This document shows, in pieces, positions 41,186 to 53,900 of a stretch of DNA of 64,000 nucleotides. Below the pieces are notes generated by a model. It saw nothing but the letters and a program-made list of their open reading frames with translations, searched no databases and was not told where the DNA came from. Origin of the DNA: Lingula anatina (lineage: Eukaryota > Animalia > Brachiopoda); the NCBI GenBank assembly GCA_051362555.1, contig CM120647.1, positions 7,564,001 through 7,628,000 of the forward strand, written 5' to 3'. The first letter of the stretch is position 1; the number at the start of each line of letters is the position of its first letter. A program made the position numbers and the translations under genes.

Positions 41186-42198
41186 ATATGAAATTACAGC
41201 TTACAAGGCACGTGCAAGCCACGTATTTTGCAAAACATACGGGCAAAGCAGAGCAACATTGCAACAACAGCTTCAACCGTGAAAACGCAATTTATAAACA
41301 CTATACACGCTTTCAAAATGACCACAAATGCCAATAAAATAAAAGATCAGAAAAAACTCACGGTGTGCCAGACCAATCCCTTAGAACTCAGGGTGTGCCA
41401 GACCAATCCCTTAGAATTACCAGGTCCAAACCATCAGCAGCACAGAAAACACCGTGCCTCGATATGAGAAAGAGGTCACAAGGTCACAAGACGATCTTTC
41501 GCGTTTTTTTTTTAGCTTCTAAATTCTATAAAACATCAATTAAGCTAATAAATAGGCCTTGCATTGGAACTTATTTAACGTATATTTTATGTTAATACCT
41601 ATTAAAGATTCCAATATTAAATGAGATATCTTTTGATTTTTGCCAAGCTATGTAATGTAAAAGCTGTATACAAATTTAACTTATCAACAGCGTTCAAAAA
41701 CTAGCTTTGTTTATTTTTGGACGCTTACTCTATACTGTCTCTGGCTATCTTACTGTACTCTACACTGTCGTACTTGTAACTTTAAACTTAAAACTTAACT
41801 GGCAAATACTGCGCAGAGTTGCTCCATTTATTCATTTCCAAAAGTGGACGACCTTGAATGGTTGACTGCCACTTTGATTGGCAGGCAGAGGGAAAGTGGA
41901 TGGCCCACCAAACACTGCAAGCCCCTGTTTAATAAACTGATACCGCTTACAAGCAATTCCAACTTAAAGTTCAAAGTTCAACAACACACTAGCTGAATGT
42001 AAAAAAAAAAAAACGCTATAGCTTACTGCAGGAATTAAAGGTTTTGTGTAAAATCGTTACAGTACGTATACCGTACCACAGGCAGTAAAAAGGGTCCGCT
42101 TTTATGTATCGCAGTCATTCATCAAGCCAGTCTGCCCAGTGCCTACCCAAGCATATTACATGTACTAGTATTCTAAGCGTATCCCATGTACAACATAC

Positions 42199-43840
42199 CA
42201 AATGTGCTAGCCAAATTATACAAGTTGCTCATGCCAAAGCCCAACATAAACCGCATCCCTACACTCCACTCGTAGGTTGGGGAAAAGGCCCATGCTATTC
42301 CTGCAAAACCACTGACACTCAACCCAAGAAGCAGCGCCATCTTCCGTCCAACACTGAAATATTACGGTTTTGTACTTTCATATTTTTATGAATGTAACCC
42401 AATATGAACAAGATGCATGTACTTTATTATGGAGAAATACAATGAAAATATAAAACTTTTTTTTTATTTGCCCACAAGACCTTTTTGTATTATTTAATGT
42501 AACCAAGATGGTAATGTAATACATATACCCGGTACATGCAACGCCATTCAAAATCAACTCCAGTACTGACACTGACATGACATGCTCCCCACTTCCACTT
42601 GCACCTTAGGCAGTACACTATCATCGTTTTTGCCTTTCGTACACGTTGGCGGACACGGAATCGACCATCAACCCTAAAATCTCCATATCTGGTCTCATCA
42701 CTGAAAACGACACGATTCCAGTGGTTTGTCTGCAAACGCACGTGGTCCCCAGTCCATTGCAAATGTCGTTGTATATGACCTGATGTTAACAGTGGTTTCT
42801 GTACTGGTTTGCGTGCAAAATAACCGGTTTGCAGTAATGAGGAGATTGGTTGTCTTTGTACGACCAGCACGGCACAGTTTAAGGAGAAGGCGATCTTGTT
42901 GTGATACGAGGACACCCTGCTCGAGGTCTTGGAGTAGGTGCGCCTGTTGTTGCATTTCTTTTGAAGACTTAATTTGCTTACGGTTACCTGATTTATGTTG
43001 AATTGCCTGACAATATGGCTGAACTTTTCTGGCCATTTTCTCTGAGAGCAAGAATCCCATAGTAGGTCGCGTTGCTTGCGTGCAGCTGTCGAGCCGTAGC
43101 TTCTCTAAGGTACCAGTGAAGTTTCAGAGCGATCCCTGTGTAGCTTTTCGAAATACTCTTCAAAGATAAACCAAACCCGTGCGTTTTTATACAAGGACGG
43201 GAAATACCGAAAAGAACACCCCTCACATATCTGATCACACAACATGTAACTGCATGCATCAATTGTTTCGAGAGCTGTGTGGTAATTAAGTAACATACCT
43301 GGCTACACATGGATTGACACCTCAGTTTCGGATTTTAAAAGTAAGAAAGAAAATAATTATTTCGTAGAAAATTTATTCGCCAAAAATAATATTCCATATT
43401 AAGTATTAACCCTGAAGGTATCAAGGCGTTGAACTACAGTAATTGACTTATTCAAGATGATTTTACATGTGCTGATGGAAAAAACACACAAGTAAAATAT
43501 TGATTTTAGTGAAGGTACCTGCATCGGATATGAATATGTTACATCGGCGGTGTCAAACACCCATTCTGCACATTCATCTGGTTCTGTGACGTCTTGGCTG
43601 ACATTACTCTGGTGAGTAATGTTTGGAAAAACGGCACATTCCTTATCAGTTACATTCATGAAGGATATGTCGACCATATTTTGGTGCCATTTCCCCTGGA
43701 TTTTGAAGGTGTCATTTTGAAGACCAGGCAGCTTACACCTTGAAAAGATAATTGATTAAATACTGCTGTATAAACCTTTGATCTACAAGAAATTTTACAC
43801 ATTTGCCATGACCTTCTCCCCTGATTACCACTTTGTATCA

Positions 43841-43891
<51 letters not shown>

Positions 43892-44081
43892 TGAAACTGG
43901 GTGTGTCCTCTATGAAAACAACGGCTCCGTTCACCATATTTGCCAACAGACTTACTATCAAAAACAGCACATAAATCAGTTTTTGGTACTTCCCAAATTC
44001 TCCAATCAGAACAAGGATATCGTCAAGCTCCTTGGTGTCTCTGTCACAGCTGCCCTCATCTCCTGCTTTCTTTTCATCCAT
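42199..44081 (-). pseudogene. Partial SLC22 duplicate: exon 1' (44081-43891), exon 2' (43738-43519), exon 4' (42353-42199); exon 3 deleted, exons 5-10 absent
   Basis: Exon lengths are identical to SLC22-A (191, 220, 155 nt), with open frames and intact splice sites. The junction at ~42565 fuses intron 3 sequence to the Tc1 interior. Confidence 0.75.
42565..43414 (-). mobile_element. Truncated Tc1 copy carried by the tandem duplication
   Basis: Colinear with 39245-40158, one TIR retained. Confidence 0.8.
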
Positions 44082-44477
44082 GCTTGGGTTTGTTCTGCTT
44101 CTAGAAAGCAAGAAGATAACCCCTTTGTTTGTTGATCAAAGCTAACCTGATTTTCTAACAGTAGGGTAAAAACTGATTTAAAAAAAGAAGAAAACCAGAA
44201 AAGCACCCCGAGAGCGCAAACCGCCAAGGCAGCGATTTTTTTATTATTACTGATTATTGGTCGATTATTGATCCGAATCACCACTTGTCCTTTTTTGACC
44301 GTTCCTGAAAATTTCATCAAAATCGGTCCATGACTTTTTTAGTTATGTTGATGACAAACAAACAAACAGACAGACAAACAAGGGTGAAAACATAACCTCC
44401 TTGTCGGAGGTAATAAATATGAAATTACAGCTTACAGGGCACTTGCAAGCCACGTATTTTGCAAAACATGCAGGCAA

Positions 44478-46960
44478 CCCGCACGAAAACGCAGTAGATA
44501 TTCCAGCGCAGTAGACTACTAGATCATACTGGAAACACGCTTAAAATCTGCTTCGATTTGGGAGCTAATTAGCATATTATTATATTATGCCTCTATTACG
44601 CTGCTAATCTACTGCATTAATGCTCCTCTCTGTACAAACCTATGTACTTTTTGGAGTAGAAATTCAGTAGGCTATACTGCATTTCTACTGCAAATATGTT
44701 CCACAAGAAGTAAGGAATCAACACGACAGTTATTATCGGCGTGTGGATTGACTTGTGGATTGTTTGTTTGTCTGTCTGTCTGTCTGTCTGACTGTCTGTT
44801 TGTTTGTTTGTTTGTCTGTCTGTCTGTTTGTTTATTTGTCTGTCTGTCTGTCTGTCTGTCTGTATTCCTGTTTGTTTGTTTGTCTGTCTGCCTGTCTGTC
44901 TGTTTGCTTGTTTTTGAGGGAGGGTTAACTATGACTACCAATGCTTTTTAAAGTCTTATTTATTTATTTTGTTTTTGTTTTTGAAAATCTGTTTTGATTT
45001 TCAGTCTTTTTCTCATCTTATATGTAAAAGTGCGCTTGCACTGAAGTTTGTTCCAGTGAATTATTGGGTTGTTTCATTAAGCGGGTATACAAATAGTTTC
45101 GCTAAGACGAGCAGTGGACACAGTCCGTATATGATCGCTCAAGTGCCATTGTACTCAAACAGGCGTGAGAAATATATGTCTAAATGGTTTACACTCCAAA
45201 CAGTAAATTTTGGGCAACTACAACTTACAAAAGAGATTGTCAACAGTGAGGCTTACTCGCTTTCTGACTACTTTATAACTTACAATAGATTGTATCAACA
45301 ACGATGTACCTTATAACTTACAAAAGCTCGGGTCAACAGTGAAGCTTACTTGAGTTCTGTCTTCCTTGTAGCTTACAATAGATTGTGTCAACAATGATGT
45401 GGGCAACTTTGGCTTACTCGATTTGGGATTTCTGCGTACCTTATAGCTTACAATAGAGTGTGTAGCTAACTCGGCTTACTCGCTTTCTGACTACTTTATA
45501 ACTTACAATAGATTGTATCAACAACGCTGTATCTTATAACTTACAATAGCTCGCGTCAACAGTGAAGCTAACTCGATTTCTGACTACCTTTTAACTTAAA
45601 TAGTCAGTGTCAATAGTTCTTATAATAATACTTATAGTTCAAGCCTGTATGTTGGGGTATTACGGTTGACAGTAGAGAGTGTTAACATCAGTACCTTGAC
45701 TATTTATGAATGAGAGAGAAGTATGAGAACCAAATAGTAAGTATGAGAACCAAAGTGATATTGTGTGGTTCACAAATTTAAGCAGGATTACCTTAATTCT
45801 CATCCCTAACTCCTCCTCCTCATCATCTTGTTTTCCCCTACACCTCCTTACTCTTCTTCCTCCTGCTCCTCCCAAGATGATGATGAGGAAGAGTTAGGGA
45901 TGAGAATTTAGGTAATCCTGCTTAAATGAGGAGGAGGAGGGTGTACTTCCTCTTTCCTTCACCATCTCCTCCTAATCCTGTTATTCTCTACACCTCCTTA
46001 CTCTTCCCCTGCCTCCCTACGTGTACCTCCTCCTTCATATTGAATCCAAGTGTTTGTGAACCCACACTCTACTGTCAACCGTAATACCCCAACATACAGG
46101 CTTGAACTATAAGAATTTTGGACACAGTTATTGAATTCACTATTGACACACACTATTTTAAGTTAAAAGTTAGTCAGAAATCGAGTTAGCTTCACTGTTG
46201 ACACACTCTATTGTCGGTCAAAGATGTCCAATGTGTAAGCTTAAACTCTAAGAATTTTTTGATACAGCTACTTCAATCTATTGTAAGTTATAAATTAGTC
46301 AGAAAGCGAGTAATCCTCACTGTTGACAATCTCTTTTGTAAGTTGTAGTTGCCCAAAATTTGCTGTTTGGAGTGTAAACCATTTAGACATATATTTCTCA
46401 CGCCTGTTTGAGTACAATGGCACTTGAGCGATCATATACGGACTGTGTCCACTGCGCGTCTTATAGCGAAACTGTCTGTATACGCGCTTAATGAAACAAC
46501 CCAATAATTCACTGGAACAAACTTCAGTGCAAGCGCACTTTTACCTATAAGATGAGAAAAGACTGAAAATCAAAACAGACAAGATTTTCAAAAAACAAAG
46601 AAAAAATAAATAAGACTTTAAAAAGCATTGGTAGTCATAGTTACCCCTCCCTCAAAAAAAAGCAAACAGACAGACAGGCAGACAAACAAACAAACAAACA
46701 AAGAGACAGACAGTTAGACAGACAAACAAGCAAACAGGCACACAGACAGACAGACAAACAAACAAACCTACAGACAAACAAACAAACAAACAAACAAACA
46801 GAAAAACAAACAAACAGACAGACAGACAAACAAACAAACAATCCACACGTCAATCCACACGCCGATAATAACTGTCGTGTTGATTCCTTACTACTACTTC
46901 CACACCACTACAGCGTTAATACTTCTTTGCTACATCGATACTACTGCATTTTCGCGTGGG
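44478..46960. mobile_element. CMC/EnSpm-type non-autonomous element with a 2-bp AA TSD, hosting a nested foldback element
   Basis: TIRs CCCGCACGAAAACGCAGTAG / CTACTGCATTTTCGCGTGGG. The empty site GGC-AA-AGCA is visible in the sister unit at ~41242-41250. Confidence 0.8.
44706..46895. mobile_element. Foldback-like element (~2.2 kb, nearly whole-length palindrome)
   Basis: Inverted arms of ~600 bp (44706-~45290 versus ~46280-46895), inner arms (~45560-45680 versus ~46065-46200), a central hairpin (~45777-45927) and tandem subrepeats. Imperfect 9-bp flanks TGTTCCACA / ACTTCCACA. Confidence 0.8.
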
Positions 46961-47198
46961 AAAGCAGAGCAACATTGCAACAACAGCTACAATAGCTTCA
47001 ATACAATTTTCACCGCATACAAACACTATACACGATTTCAAAATGACCACAAATGCCAATAAAATAAAAGATCAGAAAAAAATCTCACGGTGTTCCAGAC
47101 CAATCCCTTAGAATTACTACGTCCAAACCATCAGCAGCACAGGCAGAAAACAACGCGCTTCGATAACGAGGTCACAAGATCACAAGACGATCTTTCGC

Positions 47199-47233
<35 letters not shown>

Positions 47234-48033
47234 CTTCTAAATTCTATAAAACATCAATTGAGCTAATAAATAGGCCTCGCATTGGAACTTATTTAACGCA
47301 TATTTTATATTAATAACTATTAAAAATTCCATAACCCAGATTTCTTTTGGTTTTGCCAAGCTACATGTAATTACTTTATTTAAAAAGATTAATTTTTTAC
47401 AATATTAAAAAATTCTATCGTAATTGTTTACTACCATTGTAACAAGATACCTTTTCAAATCAAACACAGTTCTCTTTATGGCGGTTACAGGTGTACAACT
47501 TATATCAGGTGAACCAATGTCTGACCTTTTTAGAGTGAGTAGGTCTTAAATGGTTTAGGGGACGCGTTACAAAAATTAAATTACGAGGCGCAATGTTGTG
47601 TTTAATCTTCATGCGTGTCCAAGTAGGTCATGTGTATAGAACTTGTTTTAAGAACATGTAACGCACCAACCTGTGTGTAAGGACACTCCAAGTGGTCTGT
47701 TTTAATCGCCTTGTAGCAAAGGAGTTAATTATTTTTCTTAACCTACACGAGACAGTCATCAAGATAGTAAATGTAGTCTAATGGTCTACTTAAAAAGAAG
47801 CTACGTTCAGTGTTATGGAAAGCATAAGTTTGGCCGCTTTACTTGTTTAGAAGTGGTTATTTGTTTATTTCAAAAGGTGTTACGTCACGGTAAAATATAA
47901 AATAAAAGTACTAATAAAGAAATAAACATACGATGCACTAGTGTTGAGATTGTTGTTACTCGATCTACAAGAATACCATGTTCGTCGTGAAACTGATCGC
48001 CACTGAGGCATTACAAGAAAATGTGTAAGTCTA

Positions 48034-49681
48034 CAGGGTTACTACTTAATATGGAATATTTTTTATCATTGTTATTTTTGAGTGCTGATTAAATATTTTT
48101 TGGCTTGATTCATCAAATAAGTATATCATTGAGTGAGAAAAATATCCAGTCTTCTATTGTGAGATATTTTGGTCAATAATCTCAAATCTGACATAAGATG
48201 TCATTCAAAAGAAGAGAACACCCCCAGAAATCCATATCAACAGTTTGATGTCAGTATTAACTTTAAGCTAAGATATTAAAGAAAATGATAGCCTCCGGAC
48301 AGTGATATGTTACACAGTCAAAGAAATCATTACAGTAAATCATGAAAAGTCATCAATAGCGGGTATGACCTCCAGCAGCCGCTTGCAGCGCCCTCATCCT
48401 ATATGCCATACCCTGTGACAAGTTTTTTAGAGTTTGGATGGGGGATATCATTCCACGCAGTGATATTTGCCTGTCGCACTTCGTCACTATTTACCGGCCG
48501 ATGACCATAGCTATTAATTCTCTGAGTTACTTCCGCCCACAGATTTTCGATTGGGTTCATTACTGGGGAGTTTGCAGGCCAGGGCAGTTGCTGAACCCAT
48601 TGGTTTTGAAGAAAAACAATGATTCTGCTAGCTCGATGTGGGGTTGCACAGTCATCTTGGTACACAAAGTTGTTCCTGAAGATGACTCTTACAAATCGAA
48701 GCATTGTCTGCTGTAGAATGTCTCTGTAGGAACCCTGGTTGAGGTTGCCTCCTAGAAAAACCAACTGGTTCTGGGCACCGGCATGGAATGCTCCCCAAAC
48801 AGAGACGTTACCACCCCCTGCTTGCACCCTAGGTAGTACACAATCATCGTTTTATGCCCCTCGCACACGTCGGCGGACACGGATTCGACATTCAACCCCC
48901 CAAATTCCATATCTGGCCTCATCACTGAAAACGACGTGATTCCAGTGTTTTGGCTGCAAACGCACGTGGTCCCCAGCCCATTGCAGACGTCGCTGTATAT
49001 GACCTGCTGTTAACAGTGGTTTCCCTACTGGCCTTCGTGCAAAATAACCGGCTTGCTGTAATCTCTTGTTTACAAGGAACTTTGAACGGGCGTTTGAAAG
49101 GCATTCTGCCACTCTTTTTTGAGGACACTGGTTGTCTTTGTACGACCAGCACGGCGCACTCTAAGGAGAAGGCGATCCTGTCTTCTTGGTGTGGTACGCG
49201 GACACCCTGGTGGAAGTATTGGAGTAGGTGCCCCTGTTGTAGCATTTGTTTGGAGGACTTTACTAACGGTTACTGAAAAATGTTGAATTGTCTGGCAATG
49301 GCTGTCCGTTTCTAGCCATTTTCTCTGAGGCCAAGAATCCCATAGTAAGCTGCGTTGCTTAGCTGTCGAAGCATATCTTCTCTAAGGTACCTGACAAGTT
49401 TCAGAGCGATCCCTTTGTTGCTTCTCTAAATACACTCCAAAGATTGACCAAACCCATGCGTTTTTATACAAGGGCAGAAATTGCCGAAAAGACCACCCCT
49501 CACATTTCTGACCACAGAACATGCAACTGCTTACATTAATTGTTTCGAAAGTTGCATGGAAATTAGGTAACACACCTGGCTACACCTCAGTTTTTGATTT
49601 AAAAGAGTAAGAGAGAAAATAAATACTTTGTAGAAAATTTACTCGCCAAAAAATAATATTCCATATCAAGTAGTAACCCTG
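48034..49681 (-). mobile_element. Full-length but frameshifted Tc1 (DD34E) transposon, 1648 bp
   Basis: TA|CAGGGTTACTACTTAATATGGAATATT ... AATATTCCATATCAAGTAGTAACCCTG|TA. Transposase pieces VVFSDEAR, VSVWGAF, YQDDCATPH and WPANSP.MNPIENLW are spread over different frames. Confidence 0.92.
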
Positions 49682-50952
49682 TATGTGTTTTTCTCTTATT
49701 CACCTCTCTCTTTACTCTCCCCACAGGGTACCCCCCCCCCCAAATACAAACTCTGCTAATTGCTTGATTGCTAAATTAAATCACTTTACATTATTTTACA
49801 TAGTTCTACATATACAATTATCAGGTATAGTACTTGAACAGAGGTTCAAAATAATATCAGATATAAGTCAATGGAAGATTGCAGATTTAATCTGGAGGGG
49901 AAGCAAATCACTAGGTATTTAGAGAGGGTTAGGATGCATCAATATTACTCTTTACATGATAATTATACCTCTTCGGGAAGTCCAAAACTAAACACGTGGA
50001 AGACACCAATTATCACTCGGTGCTCGAATTCACGTTGTCCTACGCAATCCGGTAGCCAGCTATCGCTTCCAAGATGAGACGCACTATAAATACCCAACGT
50101 TTCACACTGAACAGTATTTGTACGATCGGCAGTATCAGCCCTTTTATTGCATATATGAAGAGTGCGACCAGATCTAAAATCACAGCTTTGCATATAATCT
50201 AATAAATAAACATAAAACAGTGGCATAAAGGGGGCAAAAAGGACAACTAGTTCTTCCCTTTAGTACCGGAGGTATCCCCCCCCCCCCCCCCCCCAATCCA
50301 CTCCATCCCTAAAAAATAAGAAGAGAGTATACTTGGCTTACGGACTAACTAAGAAGTGGAAAAATTAAAATATATTGGGGAAATGCATAGTACAAACATT
50401 TCAATTGATGGTATATACATTTATCTTTTTATTGAACTTGGAAGTCATCTCGTTGTAGATTCTTTAAACGCTGCATATAAAAACTTCATGTTTATGTCTT
50501 AATCATCAAAACTTCTATATTTTGTGTTGATTGAGCTCTACACAGTGTCTAAAAGTAAAGAAAGTCAATATTTCGTGTCGATTTCAGTGGATATAAAAAT
50601 ATTGTGACGACTGTTCGTGGTAATTGAGGATTTATCAAATATCGTATTGTATAACTTTTATTTCATGAATTTTGATAAAAACAAATACTTTTTCTTCTAT
50701 AACTGTTTTCCAAATATGCATTTTGAACCTGCGTCGCGTCAATATTAAATATAGACCCAAGAAGGCCTTTGTGCTAATAAGGTCCCTAGATGGCACGTCA
50801 TTCAAGACGGTCCAAATCCAAGATTCTCTAACGCAATTGATGGTCGTTGTCATCACACTAGTAGCACTTACTGGGTGGATAAAAGAAGAATCGCCTTTTT
50901 TGTAGCACTGAACTACAATTCTTCTTGTCCGTGTCTATCGACAGCCCTTTCA

Positions 50953-53900
50953 TTACAAGGCAGTATTCTCCATAATAATGCTATGAACCTGTGACCGATT
51001 CCCGTTTTGATAGGCAGTGGAACTGCGTTGGCGGGGGCTACAAAATGGAAAAGAGAAATTTAGGTAAATAAATACATAGTATTTGAAGTATTTCACCCCT
51101 CCCCACACTTACCTTCGTCTCCAATGCAGAGTGCTCTGTCCATGAGTATTGACGCCGGGGTTTTGTACATATTTCATCTTGAAGGGATAATAACTCTTCG
51201 TTTTGGCCAAAAAATGAATTTTCTTGGAGTAAACAACAATTTTTCCCATCCTCTCCCATGCTTACCAATGGTTAATGAATCCATTTTTACATTCAAAGTT
51301 AGTCCCTGGTTCTTTTCTAAAAAGTTTTTTTTTTTTTTTTTTTTTTTTTGTTAAAATCTCTTAAGAGATTATAACAGAGTATAGACATTAATGGAGGTCA
51401 CGTGATCTGAAGACAAGCTCAGATATCAGAATAATAGCTATAACTGCTGTTTTTGTCGTAAAACAGAATATATTATATTTCAATGAGTTATTCACAATGT
51501 TTTTATTGTGAAATATAGATCTCATACGAAGAGTTATTATCCCTTTAAGATAAAGGCATATATTTTATCTATAAGATTATACATGTACATGCAGATAGCA
51601 GCGCAAAATGACTTACTACCTGAAACTGTTTGCGTCTTCTACGGTTTCGGGTAGATCTCTGTTTGCTGTCTCCGGCAAAGGGATGGTGCACATTGTTGCA
51701 AATATGGCCGCGGCTCCAAATATCACAAGCGGCAAGGTATCCTTGCCAATACTCTCCACTTGAATTTCTCTCTGAATTAAACAAATGGAAGTGAAGATGT
51801 AGATACATGTAGCAGAAATTATAATTACTTCAGTCAAGGAGGTTATTTATTTACCTCCGTTTGTATGTTTCTTTGTTTGTTTGTGTGTTTGTTTGTCATT
51901 AGCCTGGATGGGTCTTGATGAAATTTTAGGGATAAGTCAGAAATCTTTTACCTTTTAAGTTACTTCATTTTTGTGACTATATGTGATTGAGTTCAACATC
52001 TGAATGCAAGAACTGTTTTAAGGTTCTTCACCTTTGCGGGATAGGGTCAATCGCATTGACCAGTTGTGCAATGAATCTACCACAAATCATCAAGGCAGAC
52101 CTTATCAAAGGTCAACGCTCTCTGATCCATTTTTTTAGTTATAATGATGAACGAGTGAAAAATGCAAACAAAGAAAAAAGCTCTTAAACAAACTGAAAAA
52201 TAAACACAACATGCAAGGCGTCTTGAATCGACTTATAAGTGTTATTTTCAGCTCACCACGATGACAGGAGATAGCATGGTCCCAAGACTGGCAGACACTA
52301 AAGCCAGACCGAGGCTGAAGTTCCGGAGGACCGTGGGGAATATTTCAACACCCCAAATAAATATGATGTTATAGCTTGCAGCGATGCCAAACTTCCCGAC
52401 TGTAGACAGTGTGATCTTTATAAAATTGGTAGATTCTAGTTCTGAAAGACAATATGCATGCTTAACAGACACATTTACATTCGATAGAATAAACCAAAAC
52501 TTAAAACTGTTTTACATATTTGAGCTACAGGTACGCTTTCTATGTTCAGAGTGACAAAAGTGCACAACTTTTACATTAAAATATTAGAACTTCTTGATTA
52601 CATTTTTAAAGATTACATTTTTAAAAGTCCAGCTGTTCGATTTAGTTAGTCATTTACTATATTGAACAAGGCGCTTAGATGACTGTAAAGTCTGGATAGA
52701 CAGAACTTATGCCATTAAGAAAAACAAAAAATACAGTATTACAAATGTTGTTTTGAGGTAATTAAAGCCAGTATATGTAATCAAAATAACATTTATAATA
52801 TAAATACTACAACTTTTAATATTATTACTACTTGTAATAATAATGATAATTTATTATTATTATAACTATAATTTTTATAATTGTTATTACCGTTATTTGC
52901 GTACAACTGTACAAGGAGAGACGAGAGACATGCCAGGCCGCCCACTACCATACATATAATGTATATCCTCTTCCTTCCAAATCTGTCGATAGTGAAACAT
53001 AATGCATATGCAGGTAACTCCACTATACAGAGGAGAAAGAAGTTAAGGTAGAGGTTTCCAGACATGTTCCCTGCGTGAAGATTTATTCCAAAATACGTCA
53101 TATTTAAGACAAACCTACAAAAGAAAAAAATTACATTAACAATAGCACATACAATATTATTTCTTTTTTATTTGGGGCTGGAGTCGGGCAAGGCTTTACG
53201 AGTACGAGAAGCAAGACAATGATACAGTGGCAATTTGCCGAGGAAAAAAGGACACAGGTAGATAGGAGTGTCCTTTATGTCCTTAATAGTGTCCTTAATA
53301 CAACAGTTGTAACATGTTTCCTTGTTGTACAGTATTTTTCAGACCAATCATTCACAAAGCTATTTGTATTCACATCAATTTGGTTTTGATGTACATATAT
53401 ATACATTTAAAAATGCGTTTATGAAATGTACATGTAATAAGTAATTTAGCCAAACATGTCACACACACCAGTTGATGTACAGAAGCAGCATTTTAACCAT
53501 CAGTCTTGGCGCACGCAGTAAAGCCCGAGCACTTGAAGTTGGGGGCTCGTTGATTTCAACTTTTTCCACCAGACGATTGGGAAGGGTAGTCTTGTTAATT
53601 CTCGCTGTACGTCTTAAAATTTTCTCAGCTTCTGAATGGCGTCCTTTAGTAAGCAACCATCTAGGAGACTCGTGAAGCAACCTGAGTGACAGAAATATAT
53701 TTGACATACCGACATTGAATCCGGTAGTAGTCTTTCTTAAGGGCATGGTCCACAAAAAGTTTGGCCTTAATGTTAATACCAACCGATTTTCAAACGCCAT
53801 GTGAGGTTATGTGACGTAACATGACAATAACCAGACATACAATGTTAAAACAAAACAATTGAACGCATGTTAAGTCCAAGAATCGCTTCTTGTTGAACGT

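Larger units (their letters stand above)
37287..47370 (+). repeat. Head-to-tail tandem duplication of the 5' part of SLC22-A (unit 1 ~37287-41660, unit 2 ~41661-47370)
   Basis: Both units begin AAGCTGTAT..AAATT.AACTTATCAACAGCG and end TTTTGCCAAGCTA..TGTAA. Unit 2 has a ~1.07-kb deletion (equivalent to ~38171-39245) and a 2.5-kb insertion (44478-46960). Confidence 0.9.

Noticed and set aside
45200-45600. Regularly recurring ~30-bp motifs that superficially resemble a CRISPR array
   Set aside because: The intervening sequences are themselves degenerate repeats, the context is eukaryotic, there are no cas genes, and the array is part of the foldback arm.
44672-46853. Hydrophobic (LFVC)n and (QTDR)n ORFs
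   Set aside because: They are translations of tetranucleotide microsatellites in the foldback arms.
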